Positions 50,767 to 59,917 of a stretch of 64,000 nt of DNA are shown here, one piece after another. Positions within the stretch are counted from its first letter, which is position 1; each line of letters starts with the position of its first letter. The position numbers and the translations under genes are program-made. The notes below the pieces were generated by a model. That model did not search any database, was not told the DNA's origin, and saw only the letters and a program-made list of their open reading frames with translations. Source of the DNA: a virus; the IMG/VR virus record IMGVR_UViG_3300019776_000213, positions 1-64,000 of that record, one strand, 5' to 3'.

Positions 50767-52218
50767 TTAATAAACTGTTGGAATTGGAGAGGATTGTGAT
50801 AGGTTTGGTATGGCGAATGTGGGGATTGTATAAGATTTTAGCAGTGCTTTCATGGCCGACGCGCAGGAGTCCCATAAATCGTCCTTTTGCTTTCTGTTAC
50901 CATCAATGAAATTTTCAAGTTCTGTAAATAAAAACTCATTCCATTCAGGGTCAACCAATACTTTTACAAACCCTGCTTCAGCTAGAGTAAGGAACGGTTG
51001 CATCCTTTGTAATTTGCTCTTGGTTCCACCTGTCCTATCAACCCTTGCATCTACTCCTGCGTCTACTAGTGTCTTTAAGAAAAACATTGTTGCCGCTTTA
51101 GCTGCTACACCAACGTCCTCTGGTATATATACAGGGCAATTAATTCCCAAACCTTTATCTCTTTTATCTGTTTCAATAATAGTATCAAGAACACCATTTA
51201 TTAGTTTGCGATACTTTTCAGCGTGATGTATAATATAATAACCGTCTTTAGTTTTTGACATCATGACAGATGCAGTCCAGTCTGGGTCTGGATAAGCCTC
51301 AGAAGGTAAACTGCCTGCCAAGTCCATTGCCCTTACCGTACTTACTATGTTATCAGGTAATTCTGTAATCATCTCACACCAAGCTCGTTTAAAGTAGCCT
51401 TGTGTTTCTTGAATAGCGTGCCAGCTTCCTAAGAAAAGACGTTCTCGTTCAGTTCTTTTAAGATTTTGTAAACGGTTCAGGTATGCTGGCTGCTCACGGC
51501 ACAGCACAGGATTGTCAAGAATTGTCGCAGAGATATAAGTGTAGCTTTGAGCATGTATAGTGTCTCCATATAGTGTTTCAAGTTCCTCTTTTGAGTCTGC
51601 TGTTACAGTTTCGCCATTATACGTAGCATACCATCGTTCTTTTCCAGATAATTCAGGTCGTGGAATACCTGTATCCATGTCTAGGTATGCTTGTACAAAC
51701 TTATATAAGTAAGAAGTTCTTGATGGGTTAGCTGTGCAAATTAACTGATGTGGTGCTTTAGCTTTAGACCTGATACGTGATTCAAGGTATTTAATTTGCA
51801 CTTCACTATGCCATTGAGCTTCATCGAATATTACTAATGAGTATTGTCCACCGTCGAAGTTATTAATATCCCTGTCTGCACCACATACTTTAAACTGTAC
51901 TTGCGCGCCAGATGGAAAAGTTGCAGACATCGTAGGGTGAGACTTGAACTTAGCCCCATAATCCCTCCACATATCCTGAGCTTCCATGAACAGACCACCA
52001 GCTTGAGTAAGTTGTGTACTTGTCTCACGAATAAACACTGCCCTAAAAAAGGGGTCATTAACATATTTTAATATTAACATCAGTGCTTGGTGTGACTTGC
52101 CTGATCCAGCACCGCCGCCGAAGATGACGAAGTTAGACTTACAGTTTAAAAACATCTTATGAGCTTCTGAGGAAGGAGCTAATACCTTCCTCTTATTCTC
52201 TTTAACCTCTTTACTCAT
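50767..52218 (-). CDS. terL: Terminase large subunit
   Basis: Walker A GGAGSGKS, Walker B IFDE, TANP, nuclease MDLA..DWTA..DDLWD. Confidence 0.95.
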   Translation of the reverse strand: MSKEVKENKRKVLAPSSEAHKMFLNCKSNFVIFGGGAGSGKSHQALMLILKYVNDPFFRAVFIRETSTQLTQAGGLFMEAQDMWRDYGAKFKSHPTMSATFPSGAQVQFKVCGADRDINNFDGGQYSLVIFDEAQWHSEVQIKYLESRIRSKAKAPHQLICTANPSRTSYLYKFVQAYLDMDTGIPRPELSGKERWYATYNGETVTADSKEELETLYGDTIHAQSYTYISATILDNPVLCREQPAYLNRLQNLKRTERERLFLGSWHAIQETQGYFKRAWCEMITELPDNIVSTVRAMDLAGSLPSEAYPDPDWTASVMMSKTKDGYYIIHHAEKYRKLINGVLDTIIETDKRDKGLGINCPVYIPEDVGVAAKAATMFFLKTLVDAGVDARVDRTGGTKSKLQRMQPFLTLAEAGFVKVLVDPEWNEFLFTELENFIDGNRKQKDDLWDSCASAMKALLKSYTIPTFAIPNLSQSSPIPTVY

Positions 52219-53081
52219 TAATTACCTCCGTTTTATTGTTATCTATATTGACACGGAGGTTTATTTCATCTATAATTAACTGCCTAAGACTGTCAATATC
52301 TACGTCGTAGAAACACTCAGAATACCCATGAAAATATTTTACTGGTTGATCATAATTAGACTTTAGATATTTCAATATTATTTGTTCTATATCCCTGCAA
52401 TAGATACCATTCATGCAGAAGTTATCTATTATTTTAAAGTCTAACTTACTCTTTCTACGAATGTAGGCACAACGCGCACTTCTGACAGCCTAGACTTACA
52501 AGATGAATAGATGGCTTTTGTTTAAACACACCGTGCTTACTACATATAATTTTTACATAAGTAGCAGTATTTACATAATCTACCAAAGAGTAATCATACC
52601 TGTTACCGTGTCTGCTCTTTGCTTTTTCAATAAACTCTTCTGTCGTTAATAACTTGCTCTTGCATAAGTTATAGCAAAATTCTTTACCACATGAAGGACA
52701 ACCTTGTTTCATATTTACATGCGCATAAGGCGACTGAGCGAACTCACCATGTTTTCCACAAATTATCTTGACTTTAGAGTCGCAATCAGTATATTCTATT
52801 AGTGAGTAGTCATACTTATCTCCATGAATTGATTTTGCATTTGCTATAAAACCATCTTTACCTATCTTTTTGTGTTTACTTTTAAGACTATTTCCACACT
52901 TAGTGCAACCATAGCCATTTATATGCCAAGTAGGAGTTTGTAATACGTCACCATGTACAGGACAGCCTATTATTACCTTTTCAGTGCTGCATTTATACAC
53001 TACTTTACTGTAGTTGTACTTAGTTCCATGTTTAGCAATAGCTTTCTTAATAAAATCTTCTGTTGTAACTTTTATTCCCAT
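52211..53081 (-). pseudogene. Degraded homing endonuclease (DUF723-like repeats; nuclease core deleted, frameshifted)
   Basis: Three FI.KA...HG.KYDYS..V.I.C..HG repeats; stop at 52455; C-terminal piece with E..IL..FHGYSECF in another frame. Confidence 0.7.
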
Positions 53082-53320
53082 ATAACCCTTCCAAGGTTGT
53101 TTTCAAATAGTATTATTTCTGACAACTCAACACGTATTGGAAGGGTTTGCCAAGCTGCCAGAAATAATAACACTCAAAAGCAAAAAGCCACTACAGGAAC
53201 CCCTATAGCAGCCTCTTGTATTACTCTATCACAGAAGACTCTCTGCAATATATCTGGCTCACACGCTTCCATTGTCCAGACTTGCTGCAACATTCCTTGC
53301 AGCTTCTCCACAAATATAGA

Positions 53321-53424
53321 CCTACTTATAGGTCGCATTTAAAGCAGCACCCTCAATCGAGGTAAGGAGAGGAGGAGAAAAACCCTCAAAAGAAGATGCT
53401 AGTTTAAATGCACCTTATAATAGG
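53321..53424 (-). ncRNA. Long hairpin RNA with pyrimidine-rich anti-Shine-Dalgarno loop
   Basis: GCAUUUAAA/UUUAAAUGC, AGCAUCUUC/GAGGGUGCU, UUGAGG/CCUCGA; G-U wobbles fit the minus strand; loop GUUUUUCUCCUCCUCUCCUUA. Confidence 0.6.
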
Positions 53425-53502
53425 GGAACTATAAATAGAGATACTATAAATAGTAACGATCCTGCTGATAAGATGACTTTAGCTTGATCAGAGCCTTATA
53501 AC

Positions 53503-53578
53503 TGGAGCGACGTGTCGGAGTCGAACCGACGACATATAGATTGGAAATCTATCGTTCTTCCAACTGAACTAACATCGC
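53503..53578 (-). tRNA. tRNA-Gly(TCC)
   Basis: 76-nt cloverleaf, anticodon arm ATAGA-TTTCCAA-TCTAT, GTTCGA T-loop, encoded CCA. Confidence 0.92.
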
Positions 53579-53586
53579 TTTGAAAC

Positions 53587-53632
53587 TGGCAAACGTGGTA
53601 GGATTTGAACCTACGACTTTCGGTTTTGGAGA
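53587..53632 (-). pseudogene. 3' half of tRNA-Trp(CCA)
   Basis: CTCCAAA loop, ACCGA, T-arm GTAGG-TTCAAAT-CCTAC, CCA end; no matching 5' half. Confidence 0.75.
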
Positions 53633-53636
53633 TCAC

Positions 53637-54010
53637 ATAATATTCGCTATTCGCAAATACAGAATAATTGCCCCGTATTACTCAGTGAGAAAGTGCCGAG
53701 GACTTTAGGAATCGTCATTCCATTTCTTTTATTACAAGGGACATTTCTACACACTTATTCGGATTTCATCATCACCGTATCAAGGCATGTGTCTTCGGTG
53801 AATCGTGTAGAGGGTTTAGTTGCAGTACATAGCGTCAATTCGCACACAGATGCCTACCTGTTTTATCCCAATAACCCATTAGCACGTAAGTGCCACCTCG
53901 AACTGCATTTTACTACATCACTCGCATGGGTAACAACTTCTGTCCATCGCACCAGTGATACAAACTAAACGGTAAGAGCCTTTCTGTTAACAGGATACGA
54001 TCTAGTTTGT
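53637..54010 (-). ncRNA. Candidate ~375-nt structured ncRNA
   Basis: Consecutive helices and a loop-loop pairing; begins at the predicted TSS. Confidence 0.55.
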
Positions 54011-54016
54011 TTTATA

Positions 54017-54046
54017 ATTATACTACATACACCTATGATTTGTCAA
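54017..54046 (-). promoter_or_regulatory. Promoter for ncRNA/tRNA transcript
   Basis: TTGACA-18-TATAAT. Confidence 0.7.
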
Positions 54047-54054
54047 GTGTTATT

Positions 54055-54420
54055 TTATTCCACGTCAACAATATTATCAAAATCAATCAAAGGAGTATTA
54101 TCTTCATCTTCCTCAGTCTCAAACTCGCCATCTGGAACAGAATCTTTAAAGTATTGCAACTGTTTCTCTAGACGATAAATCTTATCCATATTCTCTTCTT
54201 TAAGAACATCAAGATATTTTGTAACAAGAATCTTAGCTGCTGTCACTTTCATACTAGTAGCTTCTTGAGGGTCATTAATAGTGCTTGCAAGAAACTCTAC
54301 AGAATTATTAAAATACTTTGAAAGCTTACGTCTTGCTGAATCTCTGCTCTTATTCTTAGTGATGAAGCCTCGTGCTACTTGGGTTGTAGTCACTTTAGTT
54401 GGTTGATCTGGTAGTGCCAT
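54055..54420 (-). CDS. Putative terminase small subunit
   Basis: First late-strand gene upstream of terL, helical, acidic tail; positional inference only. Confidence 0.4.
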   Translation of the reverse strand: MALPDQPTKVTTTQVARGFITKNKSRDSARRKLSKYFNNSVEFLASTINDPQEATSMKVTAAKILVTKYLDVLKEENMDKIYRLEKQLQYFKDSVPDGEFETEEDEDNTPLIDFDNIVDVE

Positions 54421-54449
54421 TATGTTGCTCCTATTCCTTAATAAGTCGA

Positions 54450-54531
54450 ATTGTATCAGAAAATTCTCATTTGTCAAGTATTATTTGCAATATAAATTAA
54501 CACTTGCATTTTTCAGAAGTTGTGGTATTAT
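54450..54531. promoter_or_regulatory. Divergent promoter pair
   Basis: Minus TTGACA-16-TACAAT (54450-54477); plus TTGCAT-16-TATTAT (54504-54531). Confidence 0.65.
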
Positions 54532-55151
54532 TCGGATTATTGCAAGAAACAAGGAGAAAGTAATGAATATTGACACAGCAACACTTGACGAACTTACAGA
54601 CTTCTTATATGATTGTGACTGCCCACTATTCACAGCACAAGCTCTAAAAGATATGTGCAAAGAAAGTGGCAACACTATTACAATGTATAAGGTACAAATA
54701 GCAGAACAGTCAGTAATTGCAAGATCAGCATTAGAACGTATGGAATATTTGATTTACCAATTAGAACAGGAGCAACAATGATTGACGACACAATGCCAGA
54801 AGATAGTCTTGATAACTTTGATGTCAACAAATATTTAGATGAGTATTATTTACAAGAAGAACTAAAAGAGGAAGATGTTAATATTCCAAATTTAGATTGG
54901 TCAAATTACGATTGAAAGGGCTTACATGGTAAAAGTAACAACATGTACTGAAAATAAAGCCTTTGCTGTAGAGAATACAGAAACAGGCACAGGATACTAT
55001 GGAGGGGAATTTGAATATAATTCAATCTCTTTCAAAGATGGAATTGTAGATTTTCTTCAAGAATACTTAATGCTTGAAATTGAAGAAGCTACTTGCGCAG
55101 CCAAGCAGTTAGAGCTTTGGCACGAATTATTAATTTTACAAGGAGAAAACA

Positions 55152-55580
55152 TTGTCTGATACAATTAACATTATTGAAAAAACGGTGGCTGGATTTGTAA
55201 CTGAAGCTGAAAAACTTATTAAAGATGGTTATGTATTCTTTGAAGAAGGCTTGGAATATCCTACTCAAGGCTTCTTGTACGAAGCTGTTATGAAGAAAGG
55301 TAAAGCAGTTCCTGTAGAAGACAATTCTCCACATGTTACAATTGCATTTGCAAGCTTTGGTGACTTTGCTATGACTATTCAAAAGTATGTAGCTAATAAC
55401 TATGATGTTGATCTTCGGGATGGATATGCGCCTGATCTTACACATCAGTTTATTGCTACTCTACATAAGCGTCCTGAAGAAATTATTCCAACTTCTAAGT
55501 TCGAAGATGTTGAAAAGCAATTTGTGAAACCACGAGCTAAACCTAATAAAGCTAAGACAGGAGGTGACAATGACGTATGA
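55152..55580 (+). CDS. Hypothetical protein
   Basis: 142 aa, AAGGAGA SD, TTG start. Confidence 0.6.
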   Translation: MSDTINIIEKTVAGFVTEAEKLIKDGYVFFEEGLEYPTQGFLYEAVMKKGKAVPVEDNSPHVTIAFASFGDFAMTIQKYVANNYDVDLRDGYAPDLTHQFIATLHKRPEEIIPTSKFEDVEKQFVKPRAKPNKAKTGGDNDV

Positions 55581-55842
55581 AGCACCGAAACGATTCACTG
55601 CTACGAATGACGTTACTGGAGCATTAATTAAGAGTAAAACTGATAACCATGAAGCTTACGCTAATGGGTATGAAATCTTGAAGAATGGTGTTGCACAAGT
55701 AAATAACTATCCTGAAACTAAGTTCCCTATCCGTGGAAGAGTTAGTAAGAAAGTGCTTGCTGACTTAGAACACTATGTTATTGACAACAACACAACTATT
55801 GAAGATGTAGTTGAACTTGCACTAATAGACTATTTTAAATAA
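55570..55842 (+). CDS. Small protein with C-terminal RHH-like segment
   Basis: IRGRVSKKVLADL...TIEDVVELALIDYF. Confidence 0.5.
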   Translation: MTYEAPKRFTATNDVTGALIKSKTDNHEAYANGYEILKNGVAQVNNYPETKFPIRGRVSKKVLADLEHYVIDNNTTIEDVVELALIDYFK

Positions 55843-55907
55843 TTAGCCTATACATAGCCAGTGAAGCAAGCTGGCTATAATAATAATATCTAATGGAGGA
55901 ATAATCC

Positions 55908-56666
55908 ATGTCACGTAATGCACAGCGCAATACCCGTAAGACAAAAGAAGTATTAGGTGCAAAGCCTCAAACTAAAGAGAAGTTTTCTCATAATACTCAG
56001 ACTGAGATAAACGATTTTACACCAACAGAGGCTCAGAAAGTATTAATCAATAAGATAAGAGAGAATACGTTAGTGTTTGTAGACGCTCCTGCTGGTAGTG
56101 GCAAGAGCTCGACTATCATGTGGCACTTTGCTAAAGAATACTTAGTCAATCGTTATAAACAAATCATGGTTGTGAGGACTCCTGTCGAATTTTGTGATGA
56201 TAAGATTGGATTCTTACCAAATGGTCTTGATGATAAACTAGAAGTCCATTTTGCATCTACAAAACAGATACTTGAGCAATTTCTAGGTACTGGTAGAGTA
56301 GCTGCTGATACAGGAAGTCGTATTCATTTTAAAATACCAAACTTCATGCTTGGGTGTACATTAAAAGATACTCTACTTCTTGTAGATGAAGCTCAACAGA
56401 TATCTCCAAAAATCCTAAAGCTTATTCTTGAACGTATAGGTGAAGGATGTAAAGTAGTGGTTGCTGGGTCTTCTGAGCAATTGTTTGATGCTCATAATAA
56501 ACGAGATGGTCTTGCCGATGCAGTAGCTCGATTCTTTGATTATGAAGAAGAAACTGATAGTCTATTACCTCGTTTTAAGAATATCGCTTACCACGAGTTT
56601 GACGTTGAGGATTGTATGCGTGATGAGATTGTTAAAGATGTAATACGTGCCTATAGGGGGGAATAG
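55908..56666 (+). CDS. phoH: PhoH-like ATPase
   Basis: APAGSGKS, IGFLP, LVDEAQ, RIGEGCKVVVAG, R..IV. Confidence 0.9.
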   Translation: MSRNAQRNTRKTKEVLGAKPQTKEKFSHNTQTEINDFTPTEAQKVLINKIRENTLVFVDAPAGSGKSSTIMWHFAKEYLVNRYKQIMVVRTPVEFCDDKIGFLPNGLDDKLEVHFASTKQILEQFLGTGRVAADTGSRIHFKIPNFMLGCTLKDTLLLVDEAQQISPKILKLILERIGEGCKVVVAGSSEQLFDAHNKRDGLADAVARFFDYEEETDSLLPRFKNIAYHEFDVEDCMRDEIVKDVIRAYRGE

Positions 56667-57425
56667 ATGACAAACAAAGAGAAATATGAAGGTGCACGAT
56701 TTGAAAGTAAATCTTATGGATGGTACACTGTTATTGAATATAATAACTCTATCGATATAACAGTTAAATTTGATACAGGCTTTATAAAGAAATGTGCGTT
56801 AAAAGAAATGTTATCTGGTGGTATTAAAGACCCAACTGTCCCAAATGTTTATGGAGTTGGGTTTATTGGAGCTGGTAAATATACTTCACAAATTGTTAGA
56901 GGAAACAATAATCCGTGTTATGACTCTTGGAAGGACATGTTAAAGAGGTGCTATTCAGAAGATACAAGATCAAGAAAGTATTACTTCGGATGTACTGTTG
57001 ACAATGAGTGGTTAAATTATCAGAACTTTGCAGAATGGTATTACTCTAATATTAAATGTAGTGGTAGAGTAGAAGTAGATAAAGACCTATTAATAAAAGG
57101 AAATAAAATATATTCAGCAAAGACATGTTCTCTGGTTCCACAACAAATCAATACATTATTCTCAGGAGCTGGTAAAAAGTACAGAGGTAAGTATCCTTTA
57201 GGGGTACATTTTAGTAAAGAACGCAAACAATTTGCTGCGAGACTGGAGAGAAGAGGAGAAGCAAAAACACATTTAGGGTGGTTCACTACTGCTGAGGATG
57301 CATTTCTGTGTTATAAACATCATAAAGAGATTCATGTAAAAGAAACTGCCAATAAGTTTAAGGATATGATATCTGAAGAAGTTTATGATGCTCTGATGAA
57401 ATATGAAGTTGACATAAATGACTAA
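56667..57425 (+). CDS. HNH/AP2-type homing endonuclease
   Basis: W.DMLKRCY, NFAEW, VDKDLL.KGNKIYS..TC, YPLGV; related to 17294-17896. Confidence 0.75.
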   Translation: MTNKEKYEGARFESKSYGWYTVIEYNNSIDITVKFDTGFIKKCALKEMLSGGIKDPTVPNVYGVGFIGAGKYTSQIVRGNNNPCYDSWKDMLKRCYSEDTRSRKYYFGCTVDNEWLNYQNFAEWYYSNIKCSGRVEVDKDLLIKGNKIYSAKTCSLVPQQINTLFSGAGKKYRGKYPLGVHFSKERKQFAARLERRGEAKTHLGWFTTAEDAFLCYKHHKEIHVKETANKFKDMISEEVYDALMKYEVDIND

Positions 57426-57438
57426 GAGGGAGACCAAT

Positions 57439-58074
57439 ATGAAGAAATACCACTCCGATGAAGAAAACTTTAAAGATGAAAATCTATTTAAAGTTACTGC
57501 AAAGCCAATGACAACATTTTATGAGTGCAATATTGATGATGTTTTTGTTCACTCAAGTCAATTTGATGATATTGTCTATATACTTGAAAATGCAGTAGAT
57601 GGAGATATTATAAAGATGAACTTATCATCTGATGGTGGTTCATTGGTAGCAGTACTTCCTGTACTTGGTGCAATGGAGAAAACTAAAGCTCATGTACATT
57701 GTCATATTGTATCAGATATTGCTTCTGCTTGTACATTTCTACCAATGTATGCTGGTTCTGTAGATATCAATAACTACGTATCAGTAATGTTCCACAATGT
57801 TCACTATGTTACTGCTGGAACAGGTCATACAGTGAAAGATTATGTAGACTACACTGATAAAGCTACTTATAAACTTTTACATGATATGTATCACCACTTC
57901 TTTGATGAGGATGAAATAAGCAGAATTCTGCAAGGAAAGGAATACTGGATGGATTCTGAAGAGTTTATGCTTCGTTACGAAATGATGATGGATGAACGTG
58001 AGAAGGAAATGGCAGAGTTTATGGAGGCTATTTCTGGAAAAGATAAGCCAGATGATGTAGATAAGGAAGTCTAA
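57439..58074 (+). CDS. ClpP-like serine protease
   Basis: SDGGS, IASACT (Ser), MFH (His), EYW. Confidence 0.75.
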   Translation: MKKYHSDEENFKDENLFKVTAKPMTTFYECNIDDVFVHSSQFDDIVYILENAVDGDIIKMNLSSDGGSLVAVLPVLGAMEKTKAHVHCHIVSDIASACTFLPMYAGSVDINNYVSVMFHNVHYVTAGTGHTVKDYVDYTDKATYKLLHDMYHHFFDEDEISRILQGKEYWMDSEEFMLRYEMMMDEREKEMAEFMEAISGKDKPDDVDKEV

Positions 58075-58077
58075 TAG

Positions 58078-58119
58078 AAAAGCCCCTAGTCCAATTAAGG
58101 ATTTAGGGGCTTTGTTTTT
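58078..58119. terminator. Bidirectional terminator
   Basis: AAAGCCCCTA..TAGGGGCTTT flanked by A/T runs between convergent genes. Confidence 0.8.
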
Positions 58120-58188
58120 ACATGTTGAAAAACCATACTTGTGATACGGTGAAACTTCTGCGCTTTCTATAGTGAGGCTGCTTCTGTT

Positions 58189-58464
58189 TTACAATCTTTC
58201 AGTGATTGTTTGCTGCTTATCTATCCACTCACTAAAACCATCTATTAGGAATTTGACATGTACTTTGCCATCTTCAGATGCTAGGAAATCATTAATTTTA
58301 GATATATTTTTAGAAAAGATTACTTGTTGTGATTCATTCATTGCACTCCCTAACAATGTGAAGGTTTTAAACTTCTGTAAAGTGTGCAACACAAGATATG
58401 GGTTATGCTTTACAACTTCCGATATGAACTCAGGAGTCATTTGTTGAAGGAGTGCGGGAATCAT
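58189..58464 (-). CDS. Hypothetical protein, partner of the glycine-zipper protein
   Basis: 91 aa directly downstream of 58471-59649. Confidence 0.6.
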   Translation of the reverse strand: MIPALLQQMTPEFISEVVKHNPYLVLHTLQKFKTFTLLGSAMNESQQVIFSKNISKINDFLASEDGKVHVKFLIDGFSEWIDKQQTITERL

Positions 58465-58470
58465 TATCTA

Positions 58471-59649
58471 TCAACCATTTACGCGTGTATTAGCACTTGT
58501 AGGATTGCCAGAAGCTGTCATTGTACCCAAGTTAACAATACCATTGGAAATATGTTGGTTTTGAGAAAGCAATGTACTCAAGGCAGTTGCTAGAGTTTGG
58601 TACTGCTGCTGTTGCTGAGCTTGCAATTGGTTTTGGTTAACATTCTGCGTAACATTGACTTCAATATCACGGCTACGCGAGATAGCACGTTGTTCCAATA
58701 ATGCAGATTCAGCAGTTGCCAATTGTCGATTCAAAGTTGCTTCGTATTGAGATACGATCAATGCACGAGTACGATCACCGTCATCACGGATTGTGTTAGC
58801 CAAGCTGTAAGTGTTTTGCAGACCTGCTGTTGCTAAGTTAGCAATACCAAGATTTACACTTGCTATGCCATTCTGTACTACATCTTGTGTAGCATTCTCG
58901 GAAGCAATAATTGTAGCAGTGGTTGTCGCAATATCTCGTGCCAAACCAGTCTGGTTACTAAGGATATTAGAAGTTGAAGCATTGATCTGAGCATTGATGT
59001 CATTCTGTGTAGCCGCCAAAGAAAGTTGTACTTGGCTTTCAGCCAGAGGAACGGCTGATTTAATATCACCTAACGTCTGCATAATAGCATTGTTCTGCAC
59101 TTGACTCGTAACAGCATCCAAGCCAGTTTGCAATTGAGTAGGAGTAACAAAGTTACCTACGCCATCACCATTGCCAAGCAAACCGTTGCGGTTCAGCAGA
59201 GTGCCACCTAAGATACCACCTAACAAGCCAGCACCAAGACCTGCTCCAGCTCCTGCACCAACTCCACCACCCATGCCATAAGCTGCTGGCATACCACTGA
59301 AAATATTTAAATCTTCTACTTTGTGCGTCATTTCTTTTTCCTTTAAGGATGTGTTATATTCAGGTACAGCCGCATGAATTTGATCATTAGGTGTAGTGAC
59401 ATATAACGAGGAAGTATTGCCGTTGTAAGTTACTTCGACATTACTAGGGATAGATGATGTAGCACCATCTAGTTTGAAATATAACCTATCGCCAGCTTTT
59501 ACATGCAGATGATGTAATTCTGTTTTGGCATCGTTGATATATGCTGATAAAGTTATATGTTTTGGGTATTTTACTTCTACAATTCCATCCGTTGGGATGG
59601 ATACGGTGTTTGTAATGCCACCAACATTTTCAATATTTGACCACATCAA
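58471..59649 (-). CDS. Glycine-zipper plus long coiled-coil protein with Q/N-rich tail
   Basis: GAGAGLGAGLLGGILGG; heptad region; QNVNQNQLQAQQQQQ; internal SD+ATG at 59331. Confidence 0.7.
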   Translation of the reverse strand: MMWSNIENVGGITNTVSIPTDGIVEVKYPKHITLSAYINDAKTELHHLHVKAGDRLYFKLDGATSSIPSNVEVTYNGNTSSLYVTTPNDQIHAAVPEYNTSLKEKEMTHKVEDLNIFSGMPAAYGMGGGVGAGAGAGLGAGLLGGILGGTLLNRNGLLGNGDGVGNFVTPTQLQTGLDAVTSQVQNNAIMQTLGDIKSAVPLAESQVQLSLAATQNDINAQINASTSNILSNQTGLARDIATTTATIIASENATQDVVQNGIASVNLGIANLATAGLQNTYSLANTIRDDGDRTRALIVSQYEATLNRQLATAESALLEQRAISRSRDIEVNVTQNVNQNQLQAQQQQQYQTLATALSTLLSQNQHISNGIVNLGTMTASGNPTSANTRVNG

Positions 59650-59917
59650 ATACTCCTTGGCGTATATTGTTGTGTTGCTCGATGAGCAGAATAGATATAC
59701 ATGAAATATATCTGAAGGATTATCAGAATAAGCTTCTATTTTGATAACGGCATTATACAGTAATTTATCAGAAAAGCAATAGTATTTTAATAATATTTAT
59801 GTAACATTGTGTGACAATTGGTATTGAGAAGTAAGATTGAAATATTTAAAGATATTACTTGCTTTATTTAGAAATGTGTATATAATACGGACATTAGTAA
59901 ATTTAAGGAGAAATAAA

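Noticed and set aside
53341-53400. GGA-rich plus-strand RNA as a CsrA/RsmA sponge
   Set aside because: GGAs are in one large loop rather than separate small hairpins, and the stem pairs better on the minus strand; kept only as a weaker alternative
53430-53452. Two TATAAATA T4-type late promoter motifs
   Set aside because: No gp55/gp33 genes seen, opposite strand to late genes, AT-rich background
52953-53968. Plus-strand ORFs 52953-53342 and 53693-53968
   Set aside because: No SD, atypical composition, antisense to the endonuclease remnant and structured RNAs
53587-54010. tmRNA-like molecule (long RNA ending in T-arm + CCA)
   Set aside because: No 5' strand pairs with CACGUUU, no Ala identity elements, no tag ORF found
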